Shown here: piece by piece, positions 12,915 to 25,393 of the stretch
How positions within the stretch are numbered: position 1 is the first letter of the stretch
Layout of the letters: each line of letters begins with the position of its first letter
Source of the DNA: Azolla caroliniana
Taxonomy: Eukaryota; Plantae; Polypodiophyta
Reading direction: 5' to 3'
DNA: 64,000 nucleotides
NCBI GenBank assembly: GCA_043228905.1
Contig: JBHGNT010000014.1
Location: 868,001 to 932,000 of the forward strand
Position numbers and translations under genes: made by a program
The notes under the pieces: model-generated
Told to the model about the DNA's origin: nothing
The model's input: only the letters and a program-made list of their open reading frames with translations
The model's database searches: none

Positions 12915-14084
12915 TTAACCATATGTACCAATAAGTCCCAAAAGGACTTAACCTGATCCACAACATGTCAAGTGTTTTCATCATTGTATAGGTTAGAACA
13001 CCTAGCTTTCCAAAGAACCCATAAAGCCAAAGAGGAGACAATCTGCCAAACATAACTTCGTGAGAAGAACGTGATTCCCTGCAAGGAACTTGAAGTAGAG
13101 TACACCTGAAAACTTCTCATATGTAAAGTCAAGGAAAAATCATGATAATGATAGATGGCCATTTGTTGATCCAACATTCCCCAGAAGACTACACCCCACG
13201 AGAAAATCCTACATCCTTACAAAAGAAGACACATGCCACAAGTCCATTAATCCCAAAGAAAAAATCGAACATTCTCATTCATATAATTCCAAACAAGATA
13301 ATGCATGTGTTGTGCCTCCTAACCTATCACACACATCCTCCAATATATTAAAGTCACCCGCAATTGCCCAATGGTCAACAATAGGCAATTGTGACAGTAT
13401 GCTCTTCCATAATAGCCTTCAATTTGTTGCATGATTCAGTGCATAAATATTCGACAAACCCGACTTCTTCAAACCTATTTGAAAAATTACATAATGACCT
13501 TGACCATTTGTCAAGACTTTGTAATGTAAGAAGGAAGACCACCAAATATCATTTATTGAAATGAAAAGTCCCCCTTTCAGACTATTATCACCAATTGCAT
13601 GCACACCGAAATGTCTCCACTGGCCTAGCAACAAGTTTCCATATTTCTCAATCCTTTGCTCATTTAAATGATGCTCTTGAATAAGAAGAAAATCAATCCT
13701 ACCTATCAAAGACTTCCTTAACTGACGATAGAAAACACTCCTTACTTTACAACAATGTCTGCTTCCTAAGCCCTGTACATTCCATGAAATAATATTTAAC
13801 TTATCCATCATTCATGTTTTTCCCTCCTACTCTCCTTTCGGCAAGTGCAACATCTCTACCGTTCCTTCCATCCTCTAAGGCCCGTAATTTTCTCTTATTT
13901 GAACAAATCTCTTTCCCAGTCAACTTATGTGAACGCATTGGCATGTACTTACCTACTGTGCTTATCTACTATAGAAACCCTATCAGAAGACCTAACAACT
14001 GAAGTGAAAGTAACTATATTGCCACAATGCATGTCATTATTAGCGGTTGGTCGAGTAGGTGGATGGGCTTCAACATTCGAACGT
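12915..14084 (-). pseudogene. L1-type LINE, 3' part (ORF1 end, endonuclease N-terminus, internal deletion, ORF2 C-terminus)
   Basis: 13419-13811 IISWNVQGLG..LIQEHH..NIYA; 12968-13177 LWVLWKARC. ORF1 continues across the gypsy insertion at 43326. Confidence 0.75.
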
Positions 14085-15679
14085 TGTCGCGGAAATCCGC
14101 AAGTACGTGTAGGATTTGGGCGGGACCACCGGGGTCTTGGACTAGAGAGAGGGATGGGAAGCCAAGACCTAGCTTCACTAGCACCGGTCACACTAGTTGG
14201 GGCACCAACCGGTGCGTTTCCGGGTATGAACCGAGTGATAGAGAGAGATTCATGCGCACATACACTGTTCTGGACTCGGTAATGAAGGGGGGATATGGAC
14301 AGCACGAACAACACAAAATGACATGAAACCAATTAATTGTTTATATATATGTCTTACAAGAACCTGTACATCCGGCAACAAACCTGTGAATTGCCAAACA
14401 GAATACCGTGAGTCTACGGTCAAGCCGCCAGTCGGGGAGCTCACGGACTCCCAAGCGCAAGTGGGGCCTTGCACTGTAATGGACTCTCTACCCAAAGAAA
14501 CCCAAAAGCGGAGACCCCTTACAAGAGACCCCTCCTTCCTTTTATAGCCCAAGGAGGGAGGTGCATTACAATGTGGGAGAATTACTACTCACAAACTAAC
14601 CCTTAGTGCACACTAGCACCTCATAGTCCTCTAGACTTTACCTCTATATACTTTTTCTCATATACTTGTGTGCACATTGTGACTTCACAAATTCCACCCT
14701 TATCACTAGACTTTCACACGGTGGTCGTGATTCTTCACGACATGCACCCCCACCAAACCGCACATCCACCGATATGTGCCAAAATTCGGTGAGGTGGAGA
14801 ATCGCGTCACTAGTTAATGTCACTTTCCAAACCCGACCTTGTCTCGACTGGTGCCCTCCTGCCGAGCCAACACCCAACTTCTCTGTTGGTTTCCGCTGGC
14901 CCGAACTATCGGGTCCTGCCAACCTCGTCCTTGGTCGGGAGCTCGTTTCTCCGTTGCCTTTGTTTCTCCACTTCGAGCTCCTCCAACCTCTCCACCCGAA
15001 CCACCGGCACCACTCGAGAATAGCGCTCGACCACAACCGAGACTCAAAACAGTTTGTGAAAAACCAAAAAACAGAAATGGAGATTCGTACACTTACACAG
15101 AAGAGACGATGCGGGATGTTTACGTGGAAAAACCCTAATAGGGAAAAACCACGGGAGCCCATAAACTCCAACTATCACTATATATGAGAAAAGAGGTACA
15201 ATAGGAGACTCAGAGGCAACGACCTTGAGTTCTGTATCTTCGCCAACCCGCGGCTTCTCTTCTCTCTCGCTCTCTGTACAACGATGGCAACAACAACAAG
15301 AATGATCTAACACTATAAAGTGATTGCCCTAATTCATATTTATACTTATATAATCTTAGGGCTATTTACAAATATAGCCTCAGTGGCTTATCCTAACATA
15401 TTTACAAATATGTCCTTGGATCCGGTTCGCACCGGATCCATCCGGATTCACTCATTCCGGTTTCCGGATCTCTCACCCAGATCCCTCCCGGATCCAGTTT
15501 CTTTATCCGGTTCATCCGATCCGGCTCCTCCAGTTCTCAATTGGATCCGATCTAGAGGGACCAAATTCACAACAAACTCCGCCTTCACTCCGGCATGAGA
15601 TGTCTCATTAGTTCGGTTTGCCTTCAACACGCGTCCAACTTGTCGGTTGTCAGCACCTTGGTCAGCATGTCCGACCCGT

Positions 15680-16602
15680 TGTCGTGAAGAAAACCGTCCC
15701 TAGGCGGAAACCGAGTTTAGCTTGTGTAAACCGGCCCTTACACGCGAGCACACTTTTCGTTGTATAGTAAGTAGGTAGGTACAAGTCGGCTGAGAGGAAA
15801 TCCTAGGCAGCATGCATTCAATAGAGAGCGAATCGAGGTGTATCTCTGTCCGAAGGGACAGAGAATTAATATGATGTAACGGATGATGACGGCCTCCCTC
15901 CTTGGGCTATAAGAGAGAGGGAGAGGAATGGGGGAAGGGGGGTTCGCACGTTAGAGAGGAGGAAGTGCTGCCGGACTGGGACTGAGCCCTTCTCCTCTGC
16001 CACTCTCCATAGCCATTTTTGCGTAGGTTTTCGAGAGGCCGACTCTGCTCCGTGGAACGCCCGTGTGCGTCCAGTAGAGTCTCCATCTCGCTCTTTTGTG
16101 TGTGTGAGTGAACAGGCGTCGGTGTTTGCCTTGCCGGCCTGCTAGTTGTAACCGTCTCGATATATATACATATATTAATATATATACGTGTTGCCGGACT
16201 GGGACTGAGCCCTTCTCCTCTACCACTCTCCATAGCCATTTTTGTGCAGGTTTTCGAGAGGCCGACTCTGCTCCGTGGAACGCCCGTGTGCGTCCGGCAG
16301 AGTCTCCATCTCGCTCCTCTGTGTGTGTGAGTGAACAGGCATCGGTGTTCGCCTTGCCGTCCTGTTAGTTGTAACCGTCTCCATATATATACATATATTA
16401 ATATACATACGTGTTCATATACTCGGGCTTCTAGTCGTCTCGTTTTGCTGTGTTGTTGGACTGTGATTCCTGTGTGCTCCCGTGTCTGTGCGTGTGCAAG
16501 AGTGTCCATTGCCTTTCCGCTCTCCTCCTTCTCAGCTATTTCTCGGTCCAAGACCCCGATGGTCCCGCCTTGTTCCCCACGCACGCCCGTAACAACGCAA
16601 CA
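15680..16602 (+). mobile_element. Solo LTR of the tRNA-Trp gypsy lineage with an internal 223-bp tandem duplication
   Basis: TGTCGTGAAGAA..CAACA; TSD CCGT/CTGT; interrupts Copia RNase H (GACCCGT^TCTCC). Shares TCCAAGACCCCGATGGTCCCGCC with the big LTR. Duplication 15969-16191 / 16192-~16412. Confidence 0.85.
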
Positions 16603-17921
16603 CTGTTCTCCTCCTTATGAACCTTCATCAGCGCAAAGTCTTTGTCCTCTAATCTCTCCTGGATCCAATGGTACCTGTGCCGGATGTGTTTTGTTATGGA
16701 GTGGTACGCCACGTTCTTATGGAGTGGATGGCACTTTGATTATTGTTGTAGAGCCGGTATTCCTCCTGTCGGATCCCTAGCTCTCCAATGAAGTCCTTCA
16801 TCCAGATTATCTCCTTGCTCGCTTCCACGGCTGCCATGTACTCTGCCTCCGTAGTCAATCGTGCAACCTTTTCTGCAATCTCAACTGCCACGATACAACT
16901 CCCCCTGCATAGGTCATAATGTATCCGGATGTGGACCGGCTGGTATCCGCATCAGTCGACATATCCGAATCCGTGAATCCTTCTAAAAGGGGTTTACCGG
17001 AGTCGAACCGGAGGCACATACTCGAGGTGCCTTTGAAATACCACAGTATCCACTTCACCGCGTTCCAGTGCTCTTTACATGGATTGCTCATGAACCGGCT
17101 GACTATTCCGACGGCATATTCGATGTCTAGTCGGGTACACACAATAGCATACATTAGACTTCCGACATCAGAGGCATATGGAATCTTCATCATATCCACC
17201 TTCTCTGCCTTTGTCCTCGTACTTTGCTTTCCAGATAGCTTGCAGTTTGCCAGAAGTGTCAATCCGACCAGTTTCGCCTCTAACATGTTGAACCGTTGAA
17301 GCACCTTTGTCACATACTTCTCCTGTCACAACCACAACAGCTTCTTCGACTAGTCCCGGATGATGTGCATCCCTAAGATCTGTCTCGCCGAACCCAAATC
17401 TTTCCTTGAGAAGGTCTGGTTCAGATCCTTCTTTAGCATTCAGATCTTGATTTGGTCTCGTCCGACGATGAACATGTCATCCACGTACAGAAGGAGTATC
17501 AGGAAATCTTCTCCGTTGAAGTTCTTCAAAAATACGCAGTAATCGGCTTGCATCTTGTGGTACCCTTGGTTGGTCATGAAGGAGTCGAACTTCCGGTACC
17601 GTATAAGCTCCTCTTCTGTCGGCATTCTAGGTGCTCCTTCCGTTTCTTGATGAATCCTTCCGGCTGCTGCATGTAGATCTCTTCTTCGAGGTGGCCATGT
17701 AGGAACACCGTCTGGACTTCTAGTTGCTCTACCTCGAGCTCCATGCTTGCCACTATGCTCAGCACCGTCCGGATGGATGTCATCTTCACTACCGAGGCAA
17801 AGATCTCATCGAAGTCCACACCTTTCTTCTACTGGAAACCCTTCACCACGATTCGAGCTTTATATCTCGGTGGATTTCCTGCATCTCCCGGTTTCAACTT
17901 GTACACCCACTTGTTCCAAAG

Positions 17922-19914
17922 TGATGAGAAATACACGAAATGTCGCTCAGCCACAACCGAGTCTTGAATCACAGAAATGGGAAAGAAGAAGAGTGCACCC
18001 AATTGGAAACAAGACACTAGATGTTTACATGGAAAACCTTGATAGGGAAAAACCACGGGAGCCCACAGACTCCGAACTATCACTCTGAAGAGAAGGTGTA
18101 CAATCAAAGACTCGGAGGCAACGACCTCGATCTCTGTTTCTTCACACAGTGGTGGTTACAAAAGAGTATCACTCTATATCTCTCTCTCTCCCTCTCACTC
18201 TGTACAACAGTTACAACAATATGACAGCAACACAAAAACATGCAATTTTTCTAAAGTGATTGCCCTAAGTCATATTTATAGTTATATGAACTTAGGGTTA
18301 TTTACACATATAGCCTCAATGGGCTTATTCAAGACATATTTACAAATTTGACTTCTCTTCCTATTCTCACCGGGTCCTCTTCATTCATCACTGGATCCCA
18401 TCCGGAGAGACCCATTTCCCAACAATCTCCCCCTTCACTCCAGCATGAGATGTCTTGTAAGTCCAATCCGCTTCCGCATGCGTCCAACTTGTCGGGTGTC
18501 AGCACCTTGCTCAGCATATCTGACCCGTTCTCCTCCGTGTGGATCTTCGTCAACAAGAACTCTCGATCTTCAACTCGCTCCCGGATCTAGTGGTACCTAC
18601 GATGGATGTGCCTCGTTCTGTAATGGTAGGCCGCGTTCTTTGCAAGGTGGATGGCGCTTTGACTATCGCAGTAGAGATGGTATTCCTCCTGTTGGATCCC
18701 TAGCTCTCCGATGAAGTCCTTCATCCATAATATTTCCTTGCCGGCTTCCACGGCTGCCATGTACGCCGCCTCCGTGGTTGACAATGCAACCGTCTTCTGC
18801 AGCCTCGACTGCCACGAAACGGCTCCCCCTGCATAGGTCATGACATATCTGGAAGTTGATCGGCTGGTGTCCACATCAACCGACATGTCCGAATCGGTAA
18901 AGCCTTCCATGAGGGGTTTACCAGAGCCGAATCAAAGGCACATACTCGAAGTGCCCTTCAAGTACTGGAGTATCCATTTTACCACATTCCAATGCTCTTT
19001 TGCGGGGTTGGTCACGAACCAACTCACCACTCCAACTACGTATCCAATATCCGGTCGAGTCCACACCATTGCGTACATCAAGCTCCCGACCACATAGGCA
19101 TATGGAATCTTCAACATATCCGCCTTCTCCGCCTTTGTCTTCAAGCTTTGCTTTCCGGATAATCTGCAGTTTGTCGGGAGTGTCGATCCGACCGGTTTTG
19201 CTTCTGACATGTTAAACCGTTGAAGCACCTTTGTCATGTACTTTTCCTGTGAGAGACAAAATTGCTTCTTCGACCGGTCCCAGATGATGTGCATCCCCAG
19301 TATCTGTCTTGTACGACCCAAGTCTTTCATTGAGAAGGTTCGGTTAAGGGCCTTCTTCAGTTTCTGTATATTGACTTGGTCTCGCTCGACGATCAACATG
19401 TCGTCCACGTACAGGAGCAATATCAGAAAATCTCCTCCGTCAAATTTCTTCACAAACATGCAGTGATTGGCTTGCATCTTGTGGTACCCTTGATTGGTCA
19501 TGAAGGAGTCAAACTTCCGGTACCATTGTTGGGCAGCTTGCTTCAGTCCGTATAAGCTCTTCTTCAGCCGGCACACCAGGTGCTCCTTCCCTTTCTTCTC
19601 AAATCCTTCCAGTTGATGCATGTAGATCTCTTCTTCGAAGTCTCCATGTAGGAATGTCGTCTTGACGTCCAGTTGCTCTACCTCGAGGTCCATGCTAGCC
19701 GCTATGCCCAATACCATCCGGATGGATGTCATCTTTACTACCGGAGCAAAGATCTCATCGAAGTCCACTCCTTTCTTCTGCGGGAAGCCCTTCACCACGA
19801 TTAGGGCCTTATACCTTGGTGGATTTCCGGCGTCTCCCGGTTTCAGCTTGTACACCCACTTGTTTCGGAGTGCCCTCTTTCCTTTCGGCAACTCCACCAA
19901 TTCGTATGTGTGGT
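17922..19914 (-). mobile_element. Tork-like Copia element B, 3' part (LTR 17922-18424, PPT, RNase H, RT); continues at 25438
   Basis: LTR TGATGAG..CCCAACA; PPT 18425-18441; RT ORF 18932-~19914 (QLDVKTTFLHG, LLLYVDDM); RNase H 18587-18910. No partner LTR in the window. Confidence 0.8.
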
Positions 19915-21142
19915 CCCGATGAACAACGCTCGGCCACAACCGAGCTTAGAATCAAAACACAGAAAAACGGGGAATGAATGCACGACACAATGGAGAGAAG
20001 AGAACACAGGATGTTAACGTGGAAAACCCAAACTAGGGAAAAAAAGTCACGGCAGCCCACAAACTGCAAACTATCACTATGTTAGAATGTACAAATGGTA
20101 AAGCACCAAAGCAACGACCTCGAGCTTTCTATCTTCGCCACAGGCGGCGGTTACAACAAAGGCAACAACCTCTTCCTCTCTCTCACTCTCTCTGTACACA
20201 GTTGCGCGCTCTAATCTTGCGCCAACAAGAATGACAACAACTCTACCCTAAGTTTGCCCTAAGTCATATTTATACTAATATGACTTTTCGGCTATTCACA
20301 AATATAGCCCCGATGGACTCTCAGAAACATATTTACGAATATGTCCCTTCATCCGGTGAGCACTCCTCACCGGGCCTGCATCATCCGGCTCTTGCCGGGT
20401 ACTCCCCATCCTGTTCTCACTGGGTCTTCTGTAGCCGGGTACTCCTCATCCAGTTCTCATGGGTCTTCCGTAGCCAGGTAGTACTCCTCATCCGGTTCTC
20501 ATCGGGTCTTCCGTAGCCGGGTACTCCTCATCCAGTTCTCACCGGGTCTTCCATAGCCGGGTAGTTCTCACTTCCCATCCGGAGGGACCTGTTTCCTAAC
20601 AAACTCCCCCATCACTCCAGCATGGGATGTCTTTCTAGTCCGATCCGCTTCCGGCATGCATCCAGCTTGTCGCGTATTAGTACTTTGGTCAACATATCTG
20701 ACCCGTTCTCGACCGTGTGGATCTTTGTTAGCACGAACTCCTGGTCATCTACTCTTTCCCGGATCCAGTGATACCTTCACTGGATATGCTTCGTCCGGGA
20801 ATGGTAGGCCGCATTCTTAGCAAGGTGGATGGCACTTTGACTGTCGCAATAGAGCCGGTATTCATCTTGTCGGATATCGAGCTCTCCGATAAAGTCCTTC
20901 ATCCATAATATTTCCTTGCCGGCTTCCACAACCGCCATGTACTCCGCCTCCGTGGTTGACAGCGCAACCGTCTTCTGCAGCCTCGACTACCACGAAACAG
21001 CTCCCCCTGCATATGTCATTACATACCCGGATGTAGACCGGCTTGTATCCACATCAGCCGACATATCCGAATCAGTAAAACCGTCAAGTTGAGGTTTACC
21101 GGAGCCGAATCGGAGACACATGTTCGAAGTGCCCTTCAAGTA

Positions 21143-23797
21143 CTAAAGTATCCATTTGACCGCGTTCCAGTGCTCCTTGTCGGGATTGCTCATAAACCGG
21201 TTCACCACTCTGACTGCGTATCCTATATCCGGTCGAGTACACACCATTGCGTACATTAAGCTCCTGACGGCAGAGGCATATGGAACCTTCATCATATCAG
21301 CCTTCTCTGCTTTCGTTTTCGGGCTTTGCTTACCAGATAACCTGCAGTTTGCCGGAAGTGTCGATCCGACCGGTTTCGCATCTAACATGTTGAACCGTTG
21401 AAGCACCTTTGTCACGTATTTCTCCTGTGATAGCCACAATTGCTTCGTTGGCCGGTTCCGAATGATATGCATCCCCAGCATCTGTCTTGCCAGACCCAAG
21501 TCTTTCATCGTGAAGGTTCGGTTGAGAGCCTTCTTCAGCATCCGTATTTTGGCTTGGTCCCAACCGACGATCAACATCTCATCCACGTACAGAAGTAGTA
21601 TTAGGAAGTCACCTCCTTCGAACTTCTTCACAAACACGCAGTGATCGGCCTGCGTCTTGTGGTACCCTTGATCGGTCATGAAGGAGTCGAACTTCCGGTA
21701 CCATTGCCGAGGGGCCTGCTTCAATCTGTAGAGGCTCTTCTTCAACCGGAAAACCAGGTGCTCCTTCCCCTTCTCCACGAATCCTTCCGGGTGCTGCATG
21801 TAGATCTCCTCTTCGAGGTCACCATGAAGGAATGTCGTCTTCACATCCAGCTGCTCTACCTCGAGGTCCATGCTTGCCGCTATGCTCAGCACTGTCCGGA
21901 TGGAGGTCATCTTTACTACCGGGTCAAATATCTCGTCGAAGTTCACACCCTTCTTCTGCTGGAACCCCTTCACCACGATCATGGCTTTGTATCTCGGGGG
22001 GTTGCCGGCATCTCCCGGTTTCAACTTGTACACCCACTTGTTTCGGAGTGCCCGCTTTCCTTTCTTCAACTCCACCAATTCGTACGTATGGTTCTCATGC
22101 AAGGAATTCATCTCATCCTGCATGGCACTTAACCATTTGTGGTTGTGGCTGTCACTTTTAGCTTCCTCGAAGCTTTCTGGCTCCCCCTCATCAGTCAGCA
22201 GCACATGCTCTGCATCCGGAAATCTCTGGGGGGGCCTTCTCTCTCTGAGAGGATATCTCCGTCTTTGGGCTTCGGTAACCAGGCCCTCTATTCGCTCTTC
22301 ATCTGAATCCGATTCGGGGTCTTGGCCGGTTCCAGTTTCAGCTTCCTCTACTTCTTCTTCTGCCGGTTCGGTATCCTCACCGTAACCGGCTGGTTCCTCG
22401 AGTGCTAACCGGTCTCTTTCCGGTTGGGTTTGCTCATCGTAGAATTGATCCTTACCGGTCGACTCGGAGTTCATTATCTTCTTCTCCGAATCCCAATCGG
22501 CGAGCGTCTTGTCCTCCATGAAGATAATATCTCGACTCCGGAATACCTTCTTGTCGACCAGGTCCCACACTCGGTAGCCGAACTCATCATCGTCGTAACC
22601 GAGGAATATGCATGGCCGGGTCTTTGGATCTAACTTTCCTCTCCGGTCCTTAGCTACATGCACGTACGCGAGACAGCCGAATACCTTCAGATGCCGGTAG
22701 GACACTTCCTTACCGGTCCAGACTCTCTGTGGCGTGTCTCCGTCCAAGGGTACTGAGGGTGATCTGTTTATCACATATGTCGCCGTCGACAATGCCTCAA
22801 CCCAAAACTTCTTGGGTAGTTTTGCATGCGCCAGCATACTCCGGACCCTCTCCATTATGGTCTGGTTCATCCTCTCGGCCAGCCCGTTTAGTTCCGGCGT
22901 CTTCGGCACGGTAAATTCGAGCCGGACTCCCTTCGAGCGACAGTACTCCTCGAACTGCCCCCCGTATTCACCTCCGTTATCTGCTCGAACCGCCTTCAGC
23001 TTCCGGCCGGTTTCTCTTTCCACTCTCGTGTGGAGCTCTTTGAAGACGGATAGCACCTGATCCTTCATCTTCAACAGTGTGGCCCAAAGCTTCCGGTTGT
23101 GGTCATCTATGAACGTCACGAAGTACTGCAATCCTGCATGTGACTTCGTGTCCACTTGACACACATCAATATGCACCAACTCCAATGGTGCATTACGTCT
23201 CATCGGTGGTCTTGGTGGGAAGGAGGTCCGGTTTTGCTTACTGGCTAGACAATCAGCGCACTTCTCCAAGTGCATGTTCTTCACTGGAATGAGGTTGTCG
23301 TCTGCAAGCCTCTTCATCCCCTTCTCGCTCATGTGACACAGCCTTTTGTGCCACAGCTCACCGACAGTGTCGAATGCCACGTTCACTTCCTCCGGACATA
23401 ACTTGGCATTCATCAGGTACAGCGTGTTTACCTTCCAGGCCCGAGCCACAATCAGGCTCCCTTTGTTGAACTTCATAACACCGTTCCGGATGCTACCCAT
23501 GTAGCCTTCATCATCTAGCTGACCGGCTGATATCAGGTTCAGACGAACCTCCGGAACGTGTCGGACATCCTTCAGCAGCATCTTGCATCCGGTTGGTGTT
23601 GTCAACCACACGTCTCCTATGCCGACAATTCGACATGTACCTTCATTCCCCATCCGGACACAGCCGTGATCACCGGTTGAGTAGGATGAGAAGCATTTCT
23701 GGTCCGGGGTAAGGTGGAACGACGCTCCAAAGTCGACCACCCAGGTCATCTCGTCGCCAGCAAGGTTTATCTCACTCTCCTCGATGATGAGCATCAA
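21143..23797 (-). pseudogene. Copia C pol (protease, integrase, RT), 884-aa open stretch with a premature stop before RNase H
   Basis: WVVDFGASFH, LWHKRLCH, TFIDD, RADNGGEY, NGLAERMN, QLDVKTTFLHG, LYVDEM. TAG at 21143; RNase H remnant 20620-21140. Confidence 0.9.
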
Positions 23798-23938
23798 CTC
23801 TTCTTTGCTTGCCGTGATTGCTGTCGTTCCCTTCCGGTCCGTCCCCCTCCAGTCTTTACCGTTCCGGTCCGGTGTCCACTTCGAATTGGTACCGTCGATT
23901 TCCTTGTCTTTTCGGAAATGCCGACAAATCTTCTGGAA

Positions 23939-24658
23939 CTATCCCAGCTTGTCGAAATAGAAGCAAGTAGACCTCCCCCTAGACTTTGACCGTGTCCCCA
24001 ACTTTTCCCGGTTCTGGGTGCTACGATTCCTTTGTCTTCTGCATTCCGATTCGGTAAGGAGCGCTTTGGAGTCGGAGCTCGTATCCTTATCTTTCCGACG
24101 CGCCTCCTCATCTAGCAAGCTCGACTTCACTCTTGCTCGGGATAACCGTTTCCCTTCCGGCCCGGCGTTACCCAAAGTGACAACCAACATCTCCCAGCTA
24201 TCCGAGAGGGAACTGAGCAGGAGTAGCGCTAGTACCTCATCGGCGAGAGGTACTTCCAATGATGTTGCCTGGTGGATCAGCCCCTGGAAGGCATTCATGT
24301 GCTCCGCCATGCTGGAGCCATCTTGGTACCGGAGTCTTACTAGCTTCCGGAATACCGAAACCTGATTAACAACATTTTTGTTTTGAAACATAATGTCGAT
24401 CTTCTCCCAGAGCTCATGAGCCTTGCTCTCTTCATTGAAGTTGTTGTATAGACTCATGTTGATGAAACACCGTATGTACGCCGTTGTCTTCATGTGCATC
24501 ACCTCCCATATCGTGGCGTCGATTTTGTCTGGTCTCTTGTCCCCGAACTGAACCGGCAACCAAAGATCTTTAACCACGAGCATGTCCCTCATCTTCGACT
24601 TCCACACCGAATAGTTGGAGCCGGTGAGCTTGAACATGCCTCCCAACGAATCCTCCAT
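23939..24658 (-). pseudogene. Copia C gag (disrupted at the zinc knuckle)
   Basis: MEDSLGGMFKLTGSNYSVWK..LALLLLSSLSDSWE; knuckle degraded to CFYFDKLG*. Confidence 0.85.
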
Positions 24659-25184
24659 TTTCTGTGTCGTTTCGCTCTGATACCACTTTGACAGGAACAC
24701 ACACTCTCGATGAACAACGCTCGGCCACAACTGAGCTTAGAATCAAAACACAGAAAAACGGGGAATGAATGCACGACACAATGGAGAGAAGAGAACACAG
24801 GATGTTAACGTGGAAAACCCAAACTAGGGAAAAAAAACCACGGCAGCCCACAAACTGCAAACTATCACTATGTTAGAATGTACAAATGGTAAAGCACCGA
24901 AGCAACGACCTCGAGCTTTCTATCTTCGCCACATGCAGCAATTACAACAGAGGCAACAACCTCTTCCTCTCTCTCACTCTCTCTGTACACAGTTGTGCGT
25001 TCTAATCTTGTGCCAACAAGAATGACAACAACGCTAACCTAAGTTTGCCCTAAGTCATATTTATACTAATATGACTTTTCGGCTATTTACAAATATAGCC
25101 CCAATGGACTCTCAGAAACATATTTACGAATATGTCCCTTCATCCGGTGAGCATTCCTCACCGGGCCTGCATCATCCGGCTCTT

Positions 25185-25393
25185 GCCGGGTACTCCTCAT
25201 CCGGTTCTCACCGGGTCTTCCGTAGTCGGGTACTCCTCATCCGGTTCTCACCGGGTCTTCCATAGCCAAGTAGTACTCCTCATCCGGTTCTCACCGAGTC
25301 TTCCGTTGCCGGGTACTCCTCATCCGGTTCTCACCGGGTCTTCCGTAGCCGGGTACTCCTCATCCGGTTCTCACCGGGTCTTCTGTAGCCGGG
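25185..25393. repeat. 40-bp tandem repeat (5 copies) in U3 of the Copia C 5' LTR; 4 copies at ~20394-20561 in the 3' LTR
   Basis: Unit GCCGGGTACTCCTCATCCGGTTCTCACCGGGTCTTCCGTA; TACTCC anchors at 25191, 25231, 25274, 25314 and 25354. Confidence 0.9.

Noticed and set aside
25185-25393. CRISPR-like 40-bp repeats
   Set aside because: The repeats are contiguous with no unique spacers, lie inside a plant LTR, and no cas genes are present.
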